From positions 602 through 64,601 of the forward strand of contig JBBAAW010000002.1 of the NCBI GenBank assembly GCA_041658075.1: a stretch of DNA of 64,000 nt. The letters are read 5' to 3'. Positions within the stretch are counted from its first letter, which is position 1. Each line of letters starts with the position of its first letter. The notes under the pieces are model-generated. The model had not been told where the DNA came from. It saw only the letters and a list, made by a program, of their open reading frames with translations, and searched no databases. Origin of the DNA: Patescibacteria group bacterium (GTDB lineage Bacteria; Patescibacteriota; WWE3; UBA101185; UBA10185). Positions 1 to 11,096 of this stretch are shown piece after piece. The position numbers were made by a program, and so were the translations under genes.

Positions 1-1466
1 TTAAGGCGCTTTACAATTCCAAAGAAGCTACCTCGGTTAAATTTTTTCTGGAACAAAGAAAAGGCCCCATGCAATTTTTAGTCACTGCGGGGCTTAATAG
101 TATTTCACGCGATTATCGAAACCGCGCGCTAGTTAGGCTTCCATTTGCTTTGGCAGGATTGGGGTCAGTTATCGTTTTCTATTATCTATCAAAGTCAATT
201 CTTAATGAGAAAATCGCTTTTTATTCATCTATATTCTTTGCTACAAATGGTTTCTTGATAGCCTTCTCCCGTATCGTCCAGTATCAGTCATTAGTAATAT
301 TCTTTGGACTTTTATCTGTCTATCTAACCAGAAAGTATATCGATTCTCTCCATTCGCGTCTTCTCGTCCTAGCATCAATTTCGCTAGCCATTTCAATTTT
401 GTCCCACTATGATGGAGTTTTCTTTATTCCTATCATTCTAGGTTTACTTTACCCATCGTTTCGTCAGGACCAAAGGCACGTTCTTAAACTGTTTATCATT
501 CCTACCTTACTTTTTTTAGCACTTACCTGCGTTTTTTATATCCCGTTTGCTCTAAATATTGCTCAGAGTACCGCTGATTATTGGGTGGGACGAATTTCCG
601 GAGATGTCTCAAGCAAAATTTCCAGTTCGCGCTATCTTTTTTCCGTCTACCAGCCCATTTATGTCCTGCATATTTACACTATACTTGGCATTGTAGGATT
701 TGGATTTATTACCCTAGTCACACTTTATAAAATCTTTCCAAAAATGCTGGGTAAGTTGCTTTCACATATCTATCAGCTCGATGTCTTTAAAGGCGCCCAC
801 TCCCCTTTTAGCTTGTCGACCCTGGTTTCCGTGTTCGCTTGGTTTCTCATTCCGTTTATTTTGCTAGAAGTCTTTATCTACATTCCCGGAACCCATATCT
901 ACGCCTATTTAATTCCCACCTTTTTGTTTATGGGCTTTGCTATTTTTTATGCCGATTTGGTAGGACGCAAAATTCTAAATAAACTACCTTTTTCCATCGT
1001 AGTAACTTCCGTCACGATGGTGGCCGTTTGGGTACTTTTTATCTTTCTGACACTTCAGTCGTATTATGTTTTTGTTGACCACGATTACGAATACCCATGG
1101 GAGAATAAAAAGTTTTTAATTTGGACTCTCCCCAAGCCCACGCCAATTTTTCATTTAAGCATGTTTGGGTTTCCTTACTATAGACATTGGGACGAAATCG
1201 GTGACTATATTAGGTTGGATAAAAAATCACAATTTTACACTACTAACGAGCGGGTTAGTATTTCGCGCTATCACATCGTCCTTGAAAAAGCCGGCGGGAA
1301 AGTGGGTTACTATGTTTATATTAAAAACCCTCAAACCTTCACTAATGAAGTTACCAATACAAGGATTAACGCTTGGATGCAGAACAGCTCACCGGTCATG
1401 CAATATAAAAACCAAGACCGTGTAGTTTCCGAAATTTATCTCGTCAACTCCCCTTTCATTTTATAA
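1..1466 (+). CDS. GT-C fold (ArnT/PMT-like) membrane glycosyltransferase, 5'-truncated by the window edge
   Basis: Frame is open from base 3 (KALYNSKEATSVKFFLEQRKGPMQF...), so the gene starts before the window. It has many TM segments and shares the QRKGPMQF, SRIxQYQSL, LSHxD and VDHxxEYP motifs with the 1436..2899 paralog. Confidence 0.75.
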   Translation, partial: KALYNSKEATSVKFFLEQRKGPMQFLVTAGLNSISRDYRNRALVRLPFALAGLGSVIVFYYLSKSILNEKIAFYSSIFFATNGFLIAFSRIVQYQSLVIFFGLLSVYLTRKYIDSLHSRLLVLASISLAISILSHYDGVFFIPIILGLLYPSFRQDQRHVLKLFIIPTLLFLALTCVFYIPFALNIAQSTADYWVGRISGDVSSKISSSRYLFSVYQPIYVLHIYTILGIVGFGFITLVTLYKIFPKMLGKLLSHIYQLDVFKGAHSPFSLSTLVSVFAWFLIPFILLEVFIYIPGTHIYAYLIPTFLFMGFAIFYADLVGRKILNKLPFSIVVTSVTMVAVWVLFIFLTLQSYYVFVDHDYEYPWENKKFLIWTLPKPTPIFHLSMFGFPYYRHWDEIGDYIRLDKKSQFYTTNERVSISRYHIVLEKAGGKVGYYVYIKNPQTFTNEVTNTRINAWMQNSSPVMQYKNQDRVVSEIYLVNSPFIL

Positions 1467-2899
1467 ACCTTTGTTAGTGTCTCACCGTCTTTAACATACT
1501 TATATACCAATTTAGACTTTTTAGTTCCCGCATATATGGCGTCTTGTGCTTTGGTATAGAAAGGTCTTTTAATTACGACAACATAGCAGCATTTCTCATT
1601 ATATCCATATGATGCCTTAACATAAATTTGACTTATCCCCTTACTCTCATTAGTTATATACTGACATTGGGGATCGATGTATTTATTTACCTCCTTCCAA
1701 CCCCTATTGTGCGGAAATCCAAAAGTGATTATTTCCTCATCATAGAGAACAGGATTTAAATGCCACAGAATTTTTTTCTCGTCAAAGGGATACTCTTTTT
1801 TATGATCAACAAATATTAAATAAGATTGAAAGATTAATAAACCTATTAGAATCGTTAGCATTAATAAAAATATTGGAATAGCAAGCTTTACTCTGCTTTT
1901 CAACCAAACACAAAAATAATAAAAGCCGAGCGAGGAGGTAATGACGGCAGGAATAACATAATTGTAAATGTGTGTCTTGGGTGTAACCATAAAAAACTTT
2001 ATTAAAAGTAGGTTAAACATGAACCAGAGAAGAAACAGACCTGTTCTTTTTATAAACAAGACAGCACTTAGCAAACCAACTATGTAAAGCCATAAAGCTA
2101 CCTCGGGGTTGTATAATTCAAAGATGTACTTATGTCGCAGAAAGGAACTTCCTGCAGTACCGATTCTTTTAAAAAAATAGTCAATATTTCCGGTTTGGTT
2201 GGACGACAGATCTAGAAGATAGGCAATAATAAAGGGAAAAACAATTATCGCAAATGTAATAAAACTTATGAACAAACAAACCAGTTTTTCTTTTTTAGTA
2301 ACATTTTTATGTAGTACAAAGGTAATGAAAAAGTAAAGAGTAGGTACTATATAAAAGATTGCATCCCAATGCGACAACAAAGACAAAGATGCAAAAATAG
2401 TTCCTAGCAAGATCGGTAAGCGAAATCCCCGATCTCTGTATTTTAAATCGGCAAAATAATATAAGGAAAGAAAAGAGAAAAGTAAATTTAAACTTTGGTA
2501 CTGTGCTATACGAGAAAATCCAACAACAAAACCATTTACGGAATAAATGGACGAAGCAATAAGTGAAGCTCCATGACTTTTGGTTATTTTGTATATTAAG
2601 GCATACAGCACAAAAACCGAAATTAGGTTTGATGTTGTAAATGGTAGCCTTACGGCAAGTTCGTTCACTTCACCTTTAAGGCTAAAAATCGAAAAGGGAA
2701 TCTGGGCTACTAAAAACTGCATCGGACCCTTTCTTTGCCTCAGCAAAAATTCTATAAGTCTTTCGTTTTCAAAAAGTCTAATTTGAGCCTTTTTTTCATC
2801 ATCCTGAAATTCCGAATATGAAAGGTTACTAAATCTTAAACAAGAGGAAATTATAAGTAGTAAAAATAACCCTATATAATGTAGCTTAAATTTTTTCAC
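1436..2899 (-). CDS. GT-C fold (ArnT/PMT-like) membrane glycosyltransferase
   Basis: N-terminal TM followed by LRF...FQDDE acidic motif typical of GT-C enzymes; about 12 hydrophobic segments. Confidence 0.75.
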   Translation of the reverse strand: MKKFKLHYIGLFLLLIISSCLRFSNLSYSEFQDDEKKAQIRLFENERLIEFLLRQRKGPMQFLVAQIPFSIFSLKGEVNELAVRLPFTTSNLISVFVLYALIYKITKSHGASLIASSIYSVNGFVVGFSRIAQYQSLNLLFSFLSLYYFADLKYRDRGFRLPILLGTIFASLSLLSHWDAIFYIVPTLYFFITFVLHKNVTKKEKLVCLFISFITFAIIVFPFIIAYLLDLSSNQTGNIDYFFKRIGTAGSSFLRHKYIFELYNPEVALWLYIVGLLSAVLFIKRTGLFLLWFMFNLLLIKFFMVTPKTHIYNYVIPAVITSSLGFYYFCVWLKSRVKLAIPIFLLMLTILIGLLIFQSYLIFVDHKKEYPFDEKKILWHLNPVLYDEEIITFGFPHNRGWKEVNKYIDPQCQYITNESKGISQIYVKASYGYNEKCCYVVVIKRPFYTKAQDAIYAGTKKSKLVYKYVKDGETLTKVYKMKGELTR

Positions 2900-4516
2900 C
2901 TACTTAATTCTACGGTAAATATATACATTGGAAAGCGGAATTAGATTAGGTTTGGAAAGTTCAAAGGATTTTATGCGGATAAATCTCCTTGGATCGTTGA
3001 GCGATTCTTCAAACCGAAGCCATTTCGAAGCGTAATAGGGATACTTGTTAACGATCTCTGAATTTTTAGTCCACAACATAGGTCGAGAAGAAATTATTAT
3101 ATAGTCGTACAATAACGGATCTGGAGGATAAATTAAGTGTGCTCCTTCCGATTCGTAAACATTAAACTGCCAAATTGTTGCCGTTGGAAGCTTGTTTAAT
3201 GGATCTAAACCTTCCTCTGTAATTCCAAATTTTGTTGTCAAGGGAGGCAGATTTTCTTTTGCCCAAATATACGAGGCTGATTTTGGGGTGTTTCTTTGAA
3301 ATTGCCTCAATAGTAATGCGGGGAAGTATAGGTAATACAGAGTAGCACCTCCAATAAAGACTATGGCGATAAGTTTAAAGGCGGGCTTTTTAATAACATT
3401 AAGAAGATAATTTAGAGCAACAAGAGAAAACAGCATTAAATTAGGAATAATTGGGAGCATCCACCTATCAACCCGCCGGCTTTGAACAGAGAAAAATACC
3501 ACATAAAAGACGACTTGTAGAGCCATGACGAGATAAAATCCGCCATCCTTAATACCCCCGTCACCCTTTACCGGCCCGTTATCCCTAACCGTTAAGGATT
3601 TTACGATCCCCGGTAACGAAAGTATTAACACCGGCAAAGCTAAAATCCAAGATAAAGCCTCGATATATTTAAACGGACTATAATTAACCGAGTCAAAAAC
3701 CATGCCTCCTTCTTTAATCCGCATTTCCAAAAGTCGTCCAAAAAAGTCTCCCATAAATATCCATGCAAAAGGATTGGTGACTATAAAAACTCCCGTGATA
3801 ATAAATAAAGTTGCGACGAGGTTCTTAAAATCTTTATATATGAAAAAGACCACAAGATAGATGGGGAAAGTAAGTAAAACTGTTATCTTAGTTGACACCG
3901 CTAGTCCAAAACATAAGGCAAAGAGGGCTGTGTTGATTGTATCGTCGGGTTTTTTTAACGTGTGTCGGTGTTGGAGATATTGATAAAAGAACAGATTAGC
4001 GAGTAAAATTAATAAGGTAATAATAATGTCGTGATTTAAATAATGTGCGTGAACGATTAGTTTCCAATTGAAAGCCACTAAAGAAATACCTGCGATAGAA
4101 ATAAATGATCGCCCAGTTAAGCCCAGCCTTTTCATGAGAAGATAAAACACGGGAATAAGTGCAAAACTAATTAACGCATTAATTACACGCATAAAAACAT
4201 AAAGATCCATTTTTGTAAATTCGATTCTAAGAATTCCCAGCGTTTTACTAAAAATCATGGTTAGTATCGTGTAAAAATAAACGGGAAATGTGCCGTAAAC
4301 ATAGGATTGCGGAACAAGTTTGTAGATGTCGTTATTTCTAAGAATATTTTTTATCTCATAAGTGTACTTAATTGCCTGTTCCCCTATCTCTGGTTCGTCG
4401 GCATACCAGCTGTGAGGAAGTCCAAAGTTTATATTCCAAAGTCGCAATAAAATTCCTAGGAATAGAATAACGATAGTCAAAAGCTTTGTGATTTTTTTTA
4501 TACTATTTTTTAGCAT
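2900..4516 (-). CDS. GT-C fold (PMT_2/ArnT-like) membrane glycosyltransferase
   Basis: LRLWNINFGLPHSWYADEP motif after TM1; GLAVSTK; RWMLP; multi-pass protein. Confidence 0.75.
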   Translation of the reverse strand: MLKNSIKKITKLLTIVILFLGILLRLWNINFGLPHSWYADEPEIGEQAIKYTYEIKNILRNNDIYKLVPQSYVYGTFPVYFYTILTMIFSKTLGILRIEFTKMDLYVFMRVINALISFALIPVFYLLMKRLGLTGRSFISIAGISLVAFNWKLIVHAHYLNHDIIITLLILLANLFFYQYLQHRHTLKKPDDTINTALFALCFGLAVSTKITVLLTFPIYLVVFFIYKDFKNLVATLFIITGVFIVTNPFAWIFMGDFFGRLLEMRIKEGGMVFDSVNYSPFKYIEALSWILALPVLILSLPGIVKSLTVRDNGPVKGDGGIKDGGFYLVMALQVVFYVVFFSVQSRRVDRWMLPIIPNLMLFSLVALNYLLNVIKKPAFKLIAIVFIGGATLYYLYFPALLLRQFQRNTPKSASYIWAKENLPPLTTKFGITEEGLDPLNKLPTATIWQFNVYESEGAHLIYPPDPLLYDYIIISSRPMLWTKNSEIVNKYPYYASKWLRFEESLNDPRRFIRIKSFELSKPNLIPLSNVYIYRRIK

Positions 4517-4596
4517 AAGTTTAGTGCTTTTGATTTTCTTTTGATTACAGACGCGTCCATCGAAAGTTGCATAGGCTTATTGTACAATAATGACGC

Positions 4597-7500
4597 ATGA
4601 AAAAGGTTGCCACGGTATTATTTTATCTAACTTTAGTGTACTTCGCCTTTTTTTGGCCTACTTTAAAAAGTAACACTGTGCTTGAATTCGGAAACGACGC
4701 ACGCAGATTTGGGTATCCAGTAAGAGTGTATTTGTGGGAAAAACTTCACGACGGAAAATTTCCTTTTTGGACGGAAAGAATGCTTTCCGGATACCCTATT
4801 TACGCCGACATAGAGACAGGGTATTTAAACCCAATAAATTTAGCATTGGTTTATTTATTTGGACCGTACACATCGTATAAGTTACTTCATTTTTTATCGT
4901 ATTTGCTGGGCTCTATAGGTTTTATTCTTTTCCTAAAACTGCGGTTAAAATCTCGTGTTGGCATACTAGTAGCCCACTTTGTTTATTTCTTTAGTTTTTT
5001 TAGCCTTTATCATCAGCAACATTTCGTTATTACTTTTGCCTACTATTTATTTCCCTGCTTTCTTTATTTGCTTGAAAGATACATACAAAACCAAAAAACG
5101 CGATATTTATTCCTTTATTTATTGTTACTTCTAAACCTTTTATACTTTGGCTCTTTTCAAATGTCATTCATAGTAATCGTGGCGTCGATCACCTATATAC
5201 TATCATTTAAAGCTTTAACAAAGGATTTTATATCTCGATCCGTCTTCCCTTGTCTTGTATTTTTATGCTTACTGATGCCCTTAATTGTCTCATATCTTGG
5301 GCTTTATACTGCATCAGAAAGGTTTTCTACACACAGTTTATGGTTAGAAGGATCGTTTTCTCCTCAGGTCGCTCTAAACTTGTTGTACCCCTTTAATTAT
5401 AGGTTTGGCGACTCTTACATGGGCGTAATCCTCAATCGCGACTTTTTAATGCATGAAGTTTACATTTATTTAGGAGTTTCCGGATTAATTTTGGCGATTT
5501 TGGGGGTAGTCTTTTCTAAATTGGATCGGCAAACAAACAGGTTACTGTTGCTTTTTATAGCAACGTTTCTAATTTTAGGTTTTGCTAAATCCAACCCTCT
5601 TTTGTCAACGGTCGATCCGCCATTCTTTTCACTGTTTAGATACTGGGGTCGCCTTGTTTTCCTTTTGATCTTTTCCTTGAGTGTCTATTGTGGGCATTTT
5701 GTTGACCAATTAAGCCAGTTATCTTGGAAATCGACGGTTAGAAAAGTAAACCTGCGCTTTCTTTCTGTATCGATGGTTTACCTGGCGATCTTAGAGCTTA
5801 TCAAGTTTCCAAATTTTAATGTCTTTTCTTTGTTTAGACTTTGGATGCGTCAGGATTATAAGTTTGACTATATTTATGTTTATCTGGGCTTTTTTTTAAC
5901 GTTTATCGTTTTTCTATGCTTAACCTTACTACTTAAAAAGTCTACATATATTAAATACGCACTTTTTGCGATGCCCGTTTTAGAACTGGCAGTTTTTGGT
6001 AACTTGGTTTTGAGAGACGCTTTTATAAATGTCGACCAGACTAAAGCAAATCTCAGTAGCATTGAGTCGACTTATGCAAACCAAAGAATAATTGTTACCG
6101 ATGCTGATGTAATAGGAAACAAAACGTTATATTATAAATTTTGGAGTCCTTTTGGGTATGTTTCTTCGTTAAATAAATACTACGACGGTAGAATTAAAAG
6201 TTTAGGTTTTGAGTCCGTCAGGCGACCTGTACTTACGAGTTTGGTAAAAGATGGATTTAATGATACAAACCTTCAATACGGGCTTAAAAACATCGGCGTT
6301 AATACGATTACCGACTCTAAAAGTAAAATCTATTACCGAAACACAACAAACTCCATGTTTTACTTAGATAGCTTTGGCATACCCGCCTATTTAGAGGAGT
6401 TAGAAAGATCAGAAGAACAACATAAATTAAAGATTTATGCTATAGGCGATGTTAAGATAAATTCCTATCTTCGTTATGATTCAGGTTGGAAAGTGGTTTT
6501 AAACAATCAGCCTATTAAAGTTAATAAGGATGAACTGTTTTTGAGTTTCAACTTGCCGGCAGGTACTAACATGGCGGAAGTAAAATACCTCCCGCACACT
6601 TTTTACATTAGCCTTGTTGTGACTGTCATCGGTATTGTTTTCTTTTTAGCTCTGAGACGCCTTGTAGAAACTCGTCCGACCCTTAAATTTTATATTCTCG
6701 TGGCCTTAATTTTCCTTGTTTTGCGCCTTCCCGGATTAGGTAGCGACGTGTTAAACAGTGATGGGGCAAGATGGCACAGGAGAAGCGAAAGGTTTTTACA
6801 GGCCATTAAAACGGGGGATTTTGCGTCAACCTACCAACACTATCAGCCGGGGGTAACTTTAATGTGGATCAACTCCGTCACTAAAAAGGCAGTTTGGGAA
6901 ACGCAGGATTTGTTTAAAATCCCAAGATGGACTCTGGAAAATTCCCAAGATTTTCCCAAAATTCACGCCGTGTCCAAAAGCGTCCTCGTGATAATTTTGT
7001 CTATCTTATTAATCTATCAAATGTTTATAATAACCAAAATATCTAGTCTAAAAGTCGCGTTAATTTATGGTTTTTTTGTGTCAACCGAGCCGTACCTAAT
7101 TGGAATAGACCGCTGGTTTCATTTAACCTCATTGGAATCATATTTTGCCTTTTCTGCCTATCTAACTTATTTCTACTCTCTCGCGCGACGGAGTAGGTTA
7201 TCGGTTCTTGCCACAGGCGCCCTGGTAGCTCTATCCACCTTGTCAAAACTTACAGGGATCATTGTTTTACCGCTCATTACAGTTACAGAAATCATCAGAG
7301 GTTACTACGCCAAAAATATCAAACGATCACTTATTTCCTTGGGTATAATAGTCGCCAGTTTTAGTTTAGTTGTTTTTGTACTCTTTCCGGCACTTTGGGT
7401 AGACTTTTTAAATGTCGTGCAAAAACTCTTTGGGGCGGTGGTTTCTGCGATGGATAATGATACGCGAGCCCAGTACTTTAAACCTCCATTTTCCTATATA

Positions 7501-8154
7501 TATTATTTAGTAATTCTCGCCTATAAACTTTCTCCCATTACGCTTTTTATTTTCCTAGCGTCGTTAGTAGTATTTGTTCGACAATTAGAACGCAAAGAAC
7601 CTGTCCAAGGTAGATTTGTTTTAGCCTATTTTTTAACTTTCTTTCTCGTCTTAACCATGTCGACTAAAAAAATTGACCGGTACGCTTTGGCCTTAATACA
7701 ACCTATATTACTATTTGCATCGATCTATTTAGCTAAACTTAAACATAAAACCTTCGTATTTGTTATCGCTATTCAGTTAATCGCATCGACCTTTATTTAT
7801 TTTAGACACTTTCCCGTATTGTCGAGCTATTACTCCCCTATTTTTGGTGGCGCTAAAACTGCCTTAAATATGGGCGTGTATGAAAATAGTGGAGAATATT
7901 TTGCTCAAGCGGCGTTTTATCTAAATAACACGGGTCGTGCGGATGTTTATGCGCCGGACAATTACGAGTCATTTAAATATTTTTATCATGGGAATACTTT
8001 GCGCGACTTTGCTCCGTCGGCTAAATATGTGATAACCTCCATTGATTTTGATAGGAAAACGCCAAGAAATATCAAAGGGTGTGAAACATTGAAAAAAGAA
8101 TTTGGTCCGAAAAGTTTTATTCCTTTAGTATATATCTATGCGTGCAAAAATTAA
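4597..8154 (+). CDS. Fusion of a YfhO-like membrane protein (N-terminal ~690 aa) and a PMT/ArnT-like GT-C domain (C-terminal ~490 aa)
   Basis: N-half has FPFWTERMLSGYPIYAD and YDSGWKV...VKYLP (YfhO-like). A second GT-C start, LVLRLPGLGSDVLNSDGARW...YQPGVTLMW, begins near aa 710. Confidence 0.65.
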   Translation: MKKVATVLFYLTLVYFAFFWPTLKSNTVLEFGNDARRFGYPVRVYLWEKLHDGKFPFWTERMLSGYPIYADIETGYLNPINLALVYLFGPYTSYKLLHFLSYLLGSIGFILFLKLRLKSRVGILVAHFVYFFSFFSLYHQQHFVITFAYYLFPCFLYLLERYIQNQKTRYLFLYLLLLLNLLYFGSFQMSFIVIVASITYILSFKALTKDFISRSVFPCLVFLCLLMPLIVSYLGLYTASERFSTHSLWLEGSFSPQVALNLLYPFNYRFGDSYMGVILNRDFLMHEVYIYLGVSGLILAILGVVFSKLDRQTNRLLLLFIATFLILGFAKSNPLLSTVDPPFFSLFRYWGRLVFLLIFSLSVYCGHFVDQLSQLSWKSTVRKVNLRFLSVSMVYLAILELIKFPNFNVFSLFRLWMRQDYKFDYIYVYLGFFLTFIVFLCLTLLLKKSTYIKYALFAMPVLELAVFGNLVLRDAFINVDQTKANLSSIESTYANQRIIVTDADVIGNKTLYYKFWSPFGYVSSLNKYYDGRIKSLGFESVRRPVLTSLVKDGFNDTNLQYGLKNIGVNTITDSKSKIYYRNTTNSMFYLDSFGIPAYLEELERSEEQHKLKIYAIGDVKINSYLRYDSGWKVVLNNQPIKVNKDELFLSFNLPAGTNMAEVKYLPHTFYISLVVTVIGIVFFLALRRLVETRPTLKFYILVALIFLVLRLPGLGSDVLNSDGARWHRRSERFLQAIKTGDFASTYQHYQPGVTLMWINSVTKKAVWETQDLFKIPRWTLENSQDFPKIHAVSKSVLVIILSILLIYQMFIITKISSLKVALIYGFFVSTEPYLIGIDRWFHLTSLESYFAFSAYLTYFYSLARRSRLSVLATGALVALSTLSKLTGIIVLPLITVTEIIRGYYAKNIKRSLISLGIIVASFSLVVFVLFPALWVDFLNVVQKLFGAVVSAMDNDTRAQYFKPPFSYIYYLVILAYKLSPITLFIFLASLVVFVRQLERKEPVQGRFVLAYFLTFFLVLTMSTKKIDRYALALIQPILLFASIYLAKLKHKTFVFVIAIQLIASTFIYFRHFPVLSSYYSPIFGGAKTALNMGVYENSGEYFAQAAFYLNNTGRADVYAPDNYESFKYFYHGNTLRDFAPSAKYVITSIDFDRKTPRNIKGCETLKKEFGPKSFIPLVYIYACKN

Positions 8155-9625
8155 TAAACACATCTTATTTATCGTATTTTCAATGTTTTACCTAACCTTT
8201 TCCTTGTTTACTTATAAAGACTACGGAATAACTTCCGACGAACAGGTAAACTACAGAGCCGGAGGAGTTTATGTTAATTATCTTTTTTTAGGTCCGGGAA
8301 GACGCCAGGAAATTGAGCAAAAAGCTTCACCAAAAGATGATCCTCAAAAGTATCCTGCTTTTAGGTTGTACCCTGGGCTAGTATCTATAATTAACCTCCT
8401 CTCCTGTTATGAAAGCGCCCATTTAATAAACCTGCTTTTTGGCTACTTTGGGTTTTTGATAATTTACCTGTTGGTATTTGATATTACGCACTCAAGATTC
8501 TCGATACTCGCGCCTCTGCTACTTTTTCTAAACCCGCACTATTTTGGCCATATTCCAGCCAATCCAAAAGACATCCCTTTTTCTACTTTGTATCTGTTTT
8601 GTGTTTATTTACTAATTAAATTGCGCACAGATAAAGTAACCAACTTTGTTGTTTTGGGGATCTTCCTTGGATTACTTACGGCAACAAGATTTGTAGGCGG
8701 TGTTTTATTCTTATTTTTAATTCTTAAAGTCTTGTTCGGTTTAAATAACCACGGTAAGATGGACAAAAGAATACTGTATCTAATAATCACTGTTTCGGTT
8801 TCTTTTATCCTCCTTTATGCAATTTGGCCATACCTTTGGCACAACCCTATTAGCAAACTCCTTATGTTGGCAAGAAACGCAGATGAATTTTCTTTTTGGG
8901 ATAGAAAGATTTTGTTTGAAGGTATTTTGATAACCAAAACCGAACGCCCGTGGTACTACCTCTTTACCTACATCTTCTACAAAACTCCCCTTCTGATTTT
9001 GGTTGGATTGCTTGGGTCGCTGTTTGGAAAATATCATAAAACGATATTTATTACCTCTATTGCCCTTTTTAATTTACTTTTATATCTCTTATTTCAGCCC
9101 GTCATATATAACGAAATGCGCCATTTTTTGTATTTAATTCCAGTGTTTACAGTTTTGTCCTCCATCTTATTTATCGACCTTTTAACCAATGAAACGGCAC
9201 TGATTTATAAAACCGTCTTTATTGTAATCGTGTTAGGATTATTAAAAATGTCGTACGACTTTGTTTTGTTACACCCGTACCAATATGTGTATTTTAACGA
9301 GTTTGCTGGAAAAATGGTCGATATTACTAAAAAATACGAAGTTGATTATTGGTCGGCGTCTTATAAAGAGTCCAGTGAGTATTTAAGAAACCTGTCGTTA
9401 AAAAGTCCTACCCCAATAAAAGTTTATCCGTGCAACTTGGACTTTGGGGTCGACTATTACTCACATAAAGATTTTGTAGTTGTAAACAAGCCGGAAGAAG
9501 CCGACTATGTAATATGCGATAATCTAAACGCTTTAAAAAAAGATCTTGACCTAGAGAATAAGATTATTTTTAGGGTGGTCAGAAAAGGAGCCACCCTTTC
9601 TTATGTGGCTAAAACGATTAAATAA
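8138..9625 (+). CDS. GT-C fold membrane glycosyltransferase (tandem copy 1)
   Basis: DYGITSDE, NPKDIPF, RPWYY, RHFLY and HPYQYVYFNE...YEVDYW motifs. Confidence 0.75.
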   Translation: MRAKINKHILFIVFSMFYLTFSLFTYKDYGITSDEQVNYRAGGVYVNYLFLGPGRRQEIEQKASPKDDPQKYPAFRLYPGLVSIINLLSCYESAHLINLLFGYFGFLIIYLLVFDITHSRFSILAPLLLFLNPHYFGHIPANPKDIPFSTLYLFCVYLLIKLRTDKVTNFVVLGIFLGLLTATRFVGGVLFLFLILKVLFGLNNHGKMDKRILYLIITVSVSFILLYAIWPYLWHNPISKLLMLARNADEFSFWDRKILFEGILITKTERPWYYLFTYIFYKTPLLILVGLLGSLFGKYHKTIFITSIALFNLLLYLLFQPVIYNEMRHFLYLIPVFTVLSSILFIDLLTNETALIYKTVFIVIVLGLLKMSYDFVLLHPYQYVYFNEFAGKMVDITKKYEVDYWSASYKESSEYLRNLSLKSPTPIKVYPCNLDFGVDYYSHKDFVVVNKPEEADYVICDNLNALKKDLDLENKIIFRVVRKGATLSYVAKTIK

Positions 9626-11096
9626 GAAACACATTTTATTTATTGTATTCTCGTTGTTTTACCTGATACTTTCTTTGGTAACTTATAAAGACTATGGAAT
9701 AACTTCCGACGAGCAGCTAGAGTATCGGGCGGGAAAAACTTATTTTAACTACCTTTTCTCAAACACCTCTAAACGCCAAGAAATAGTAACAAAAGTGTCG
9801 CCCAGGGAAAATCCTCAAGATTTTCCCTATTTTAGGCTTTATCCTGGCTTGGTGTCGCTTATTAACTACCAATCCTATTACGAGTGGGCGCACTTGATAG
9901 ATTTACTTTTTGGATATTTAGGTTTTCTTGTTATATACCTGCTTGTTTTTGACATTACCCGTTCAAAACTATCGATCCTCGCACCACTGCTATTATTTCT
10001 AAATCCCTATTACTTTGGCCATATTCCCGCCAATCCAAAGGACATCCCTTTTTCTACACTCTATCTATTTTGCGTGTATTTAATAATCAAACTCGACACT
10101 AACAGAATTAAACCCTTTATAATTTTAGGGATTTTCCTTGGATTACTTACAGGAATGAGGTTTGTAGGACTTACTTTATTTTGTTTTCTGGCAATTAAAC
10201 TTCTGACTTCTGTAAAAAACCGTAACGACTTATTTAAGATAGCTTTGCGTTTTACAGCTACAGTATTAATCTTATCAATTATACTTTACTTAATCTGGCC
10301 ATATCTTTGGCACGATCCCGTTAACCAACTCCTATCGTTAGCAAGAGACGCGCAAGATTTTTCCTTTTGGGACAGAGATACTTTATTTGGCGGGCAGTTG
10401 ATTACTAAGGATACGCGTCCGTGGTATTACCTTTTTACTTATATTTTCTATAAAACACCACCTTTAATTTTGCTTGGGTTACTTGGATCTTTATTTGTAA
10501 AATCTCGTAAAATACTGTTTATTCTAGTTATCGTAGTTTTTAATCTCGTCCTGTACCTTATCTTACAGCCCACCATTTACAATGAAATGCGCCACTTTCT
10601 GTATTTAGTTCCGTTATTTACCGTTTTGTCAGCAATTTTGTTTATCAACCTTTTAGGGAGTAGAAAAACATTAGTTTTCCGAACCATACTTGTTGTTATT
10701 TTGTGTGGGTTACTAAAGATGTCGTACGACTTTGTTTTACTTCACCCCTATCAGTATGTATATTTTAACGAGTTTGCTGGAAAAATGGTCTATATTACTA
10801 AAAAATACGAAGTTGATTATTGGTCGGCGTCTTATAAAGAGTCCAGTGAGTATTTAAGAAACCTATCGTTACAGAGTCCTACCCCAATAAAAGTTTATCC
10901 CTGCAACCTGGCTTTTGGAGTCGACTATTATTCTCATAAAAGCTTTGTACTTGTAAATAAATCAAAAGACGCGGATTATATAATTTGCGACTATCAGAAC
11001 GCTTTAATAAATAATTTTGACTTAGAGGGCAGAATTGTGTTTAAAGTAGTTAGAAAAGGAGCAACGCTTTCTTATGTGGCTAAAACGGATAGATAA
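9603..11096 (+). CDS. GT-C fold membrane glycosyltransferase (tandem copy 2)
   Basis: Co-linear close paralog of 8138..9625 with the same motifs. Confidence 0.75.
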   Translation: MWLKRLNKKHILFIVFSLFYLILSLVTYKDYGITSDEQLEYRAGKTYFNYLFSNTSKRQEIVTKVSPRENPQDFPYFRLYPGLVSLINYQSYYEWAHLIDLLFGYLGFLVIYLLVFDITRSKLSILAPLLLFLNPYYFGHIPANPKDIPFSTLYLFCVYLIIKLDTNRIKPFIILGIFLGLLTGMRFVGLTLFCFLAIKLLTSVKNRNDLFKIALRFTATVLILSIILYLIWPYLWHDPVNQLLSLARDAQDFSFWDRDTLFGGQLITKDTRPWYYLFTYIFYKTPPLILLGLLGSLFVKSRKILFILVIVVFNLVLYLILQPTIYNEMRHFLYLVPLFTVLSAILFINLLGSRKTLVFRTILVVILCGLLKMSYDFVLLHPYQYVYFNEFAGKMVYITKKYEVDYWSASYKESSEYLRNLSLQSPTPIKVYPCNLAFGVDYYSHKSFVLVNKSKDADYIICDYQNALINNFDLEGRIVFKVVRKGATLSYVAKTDR

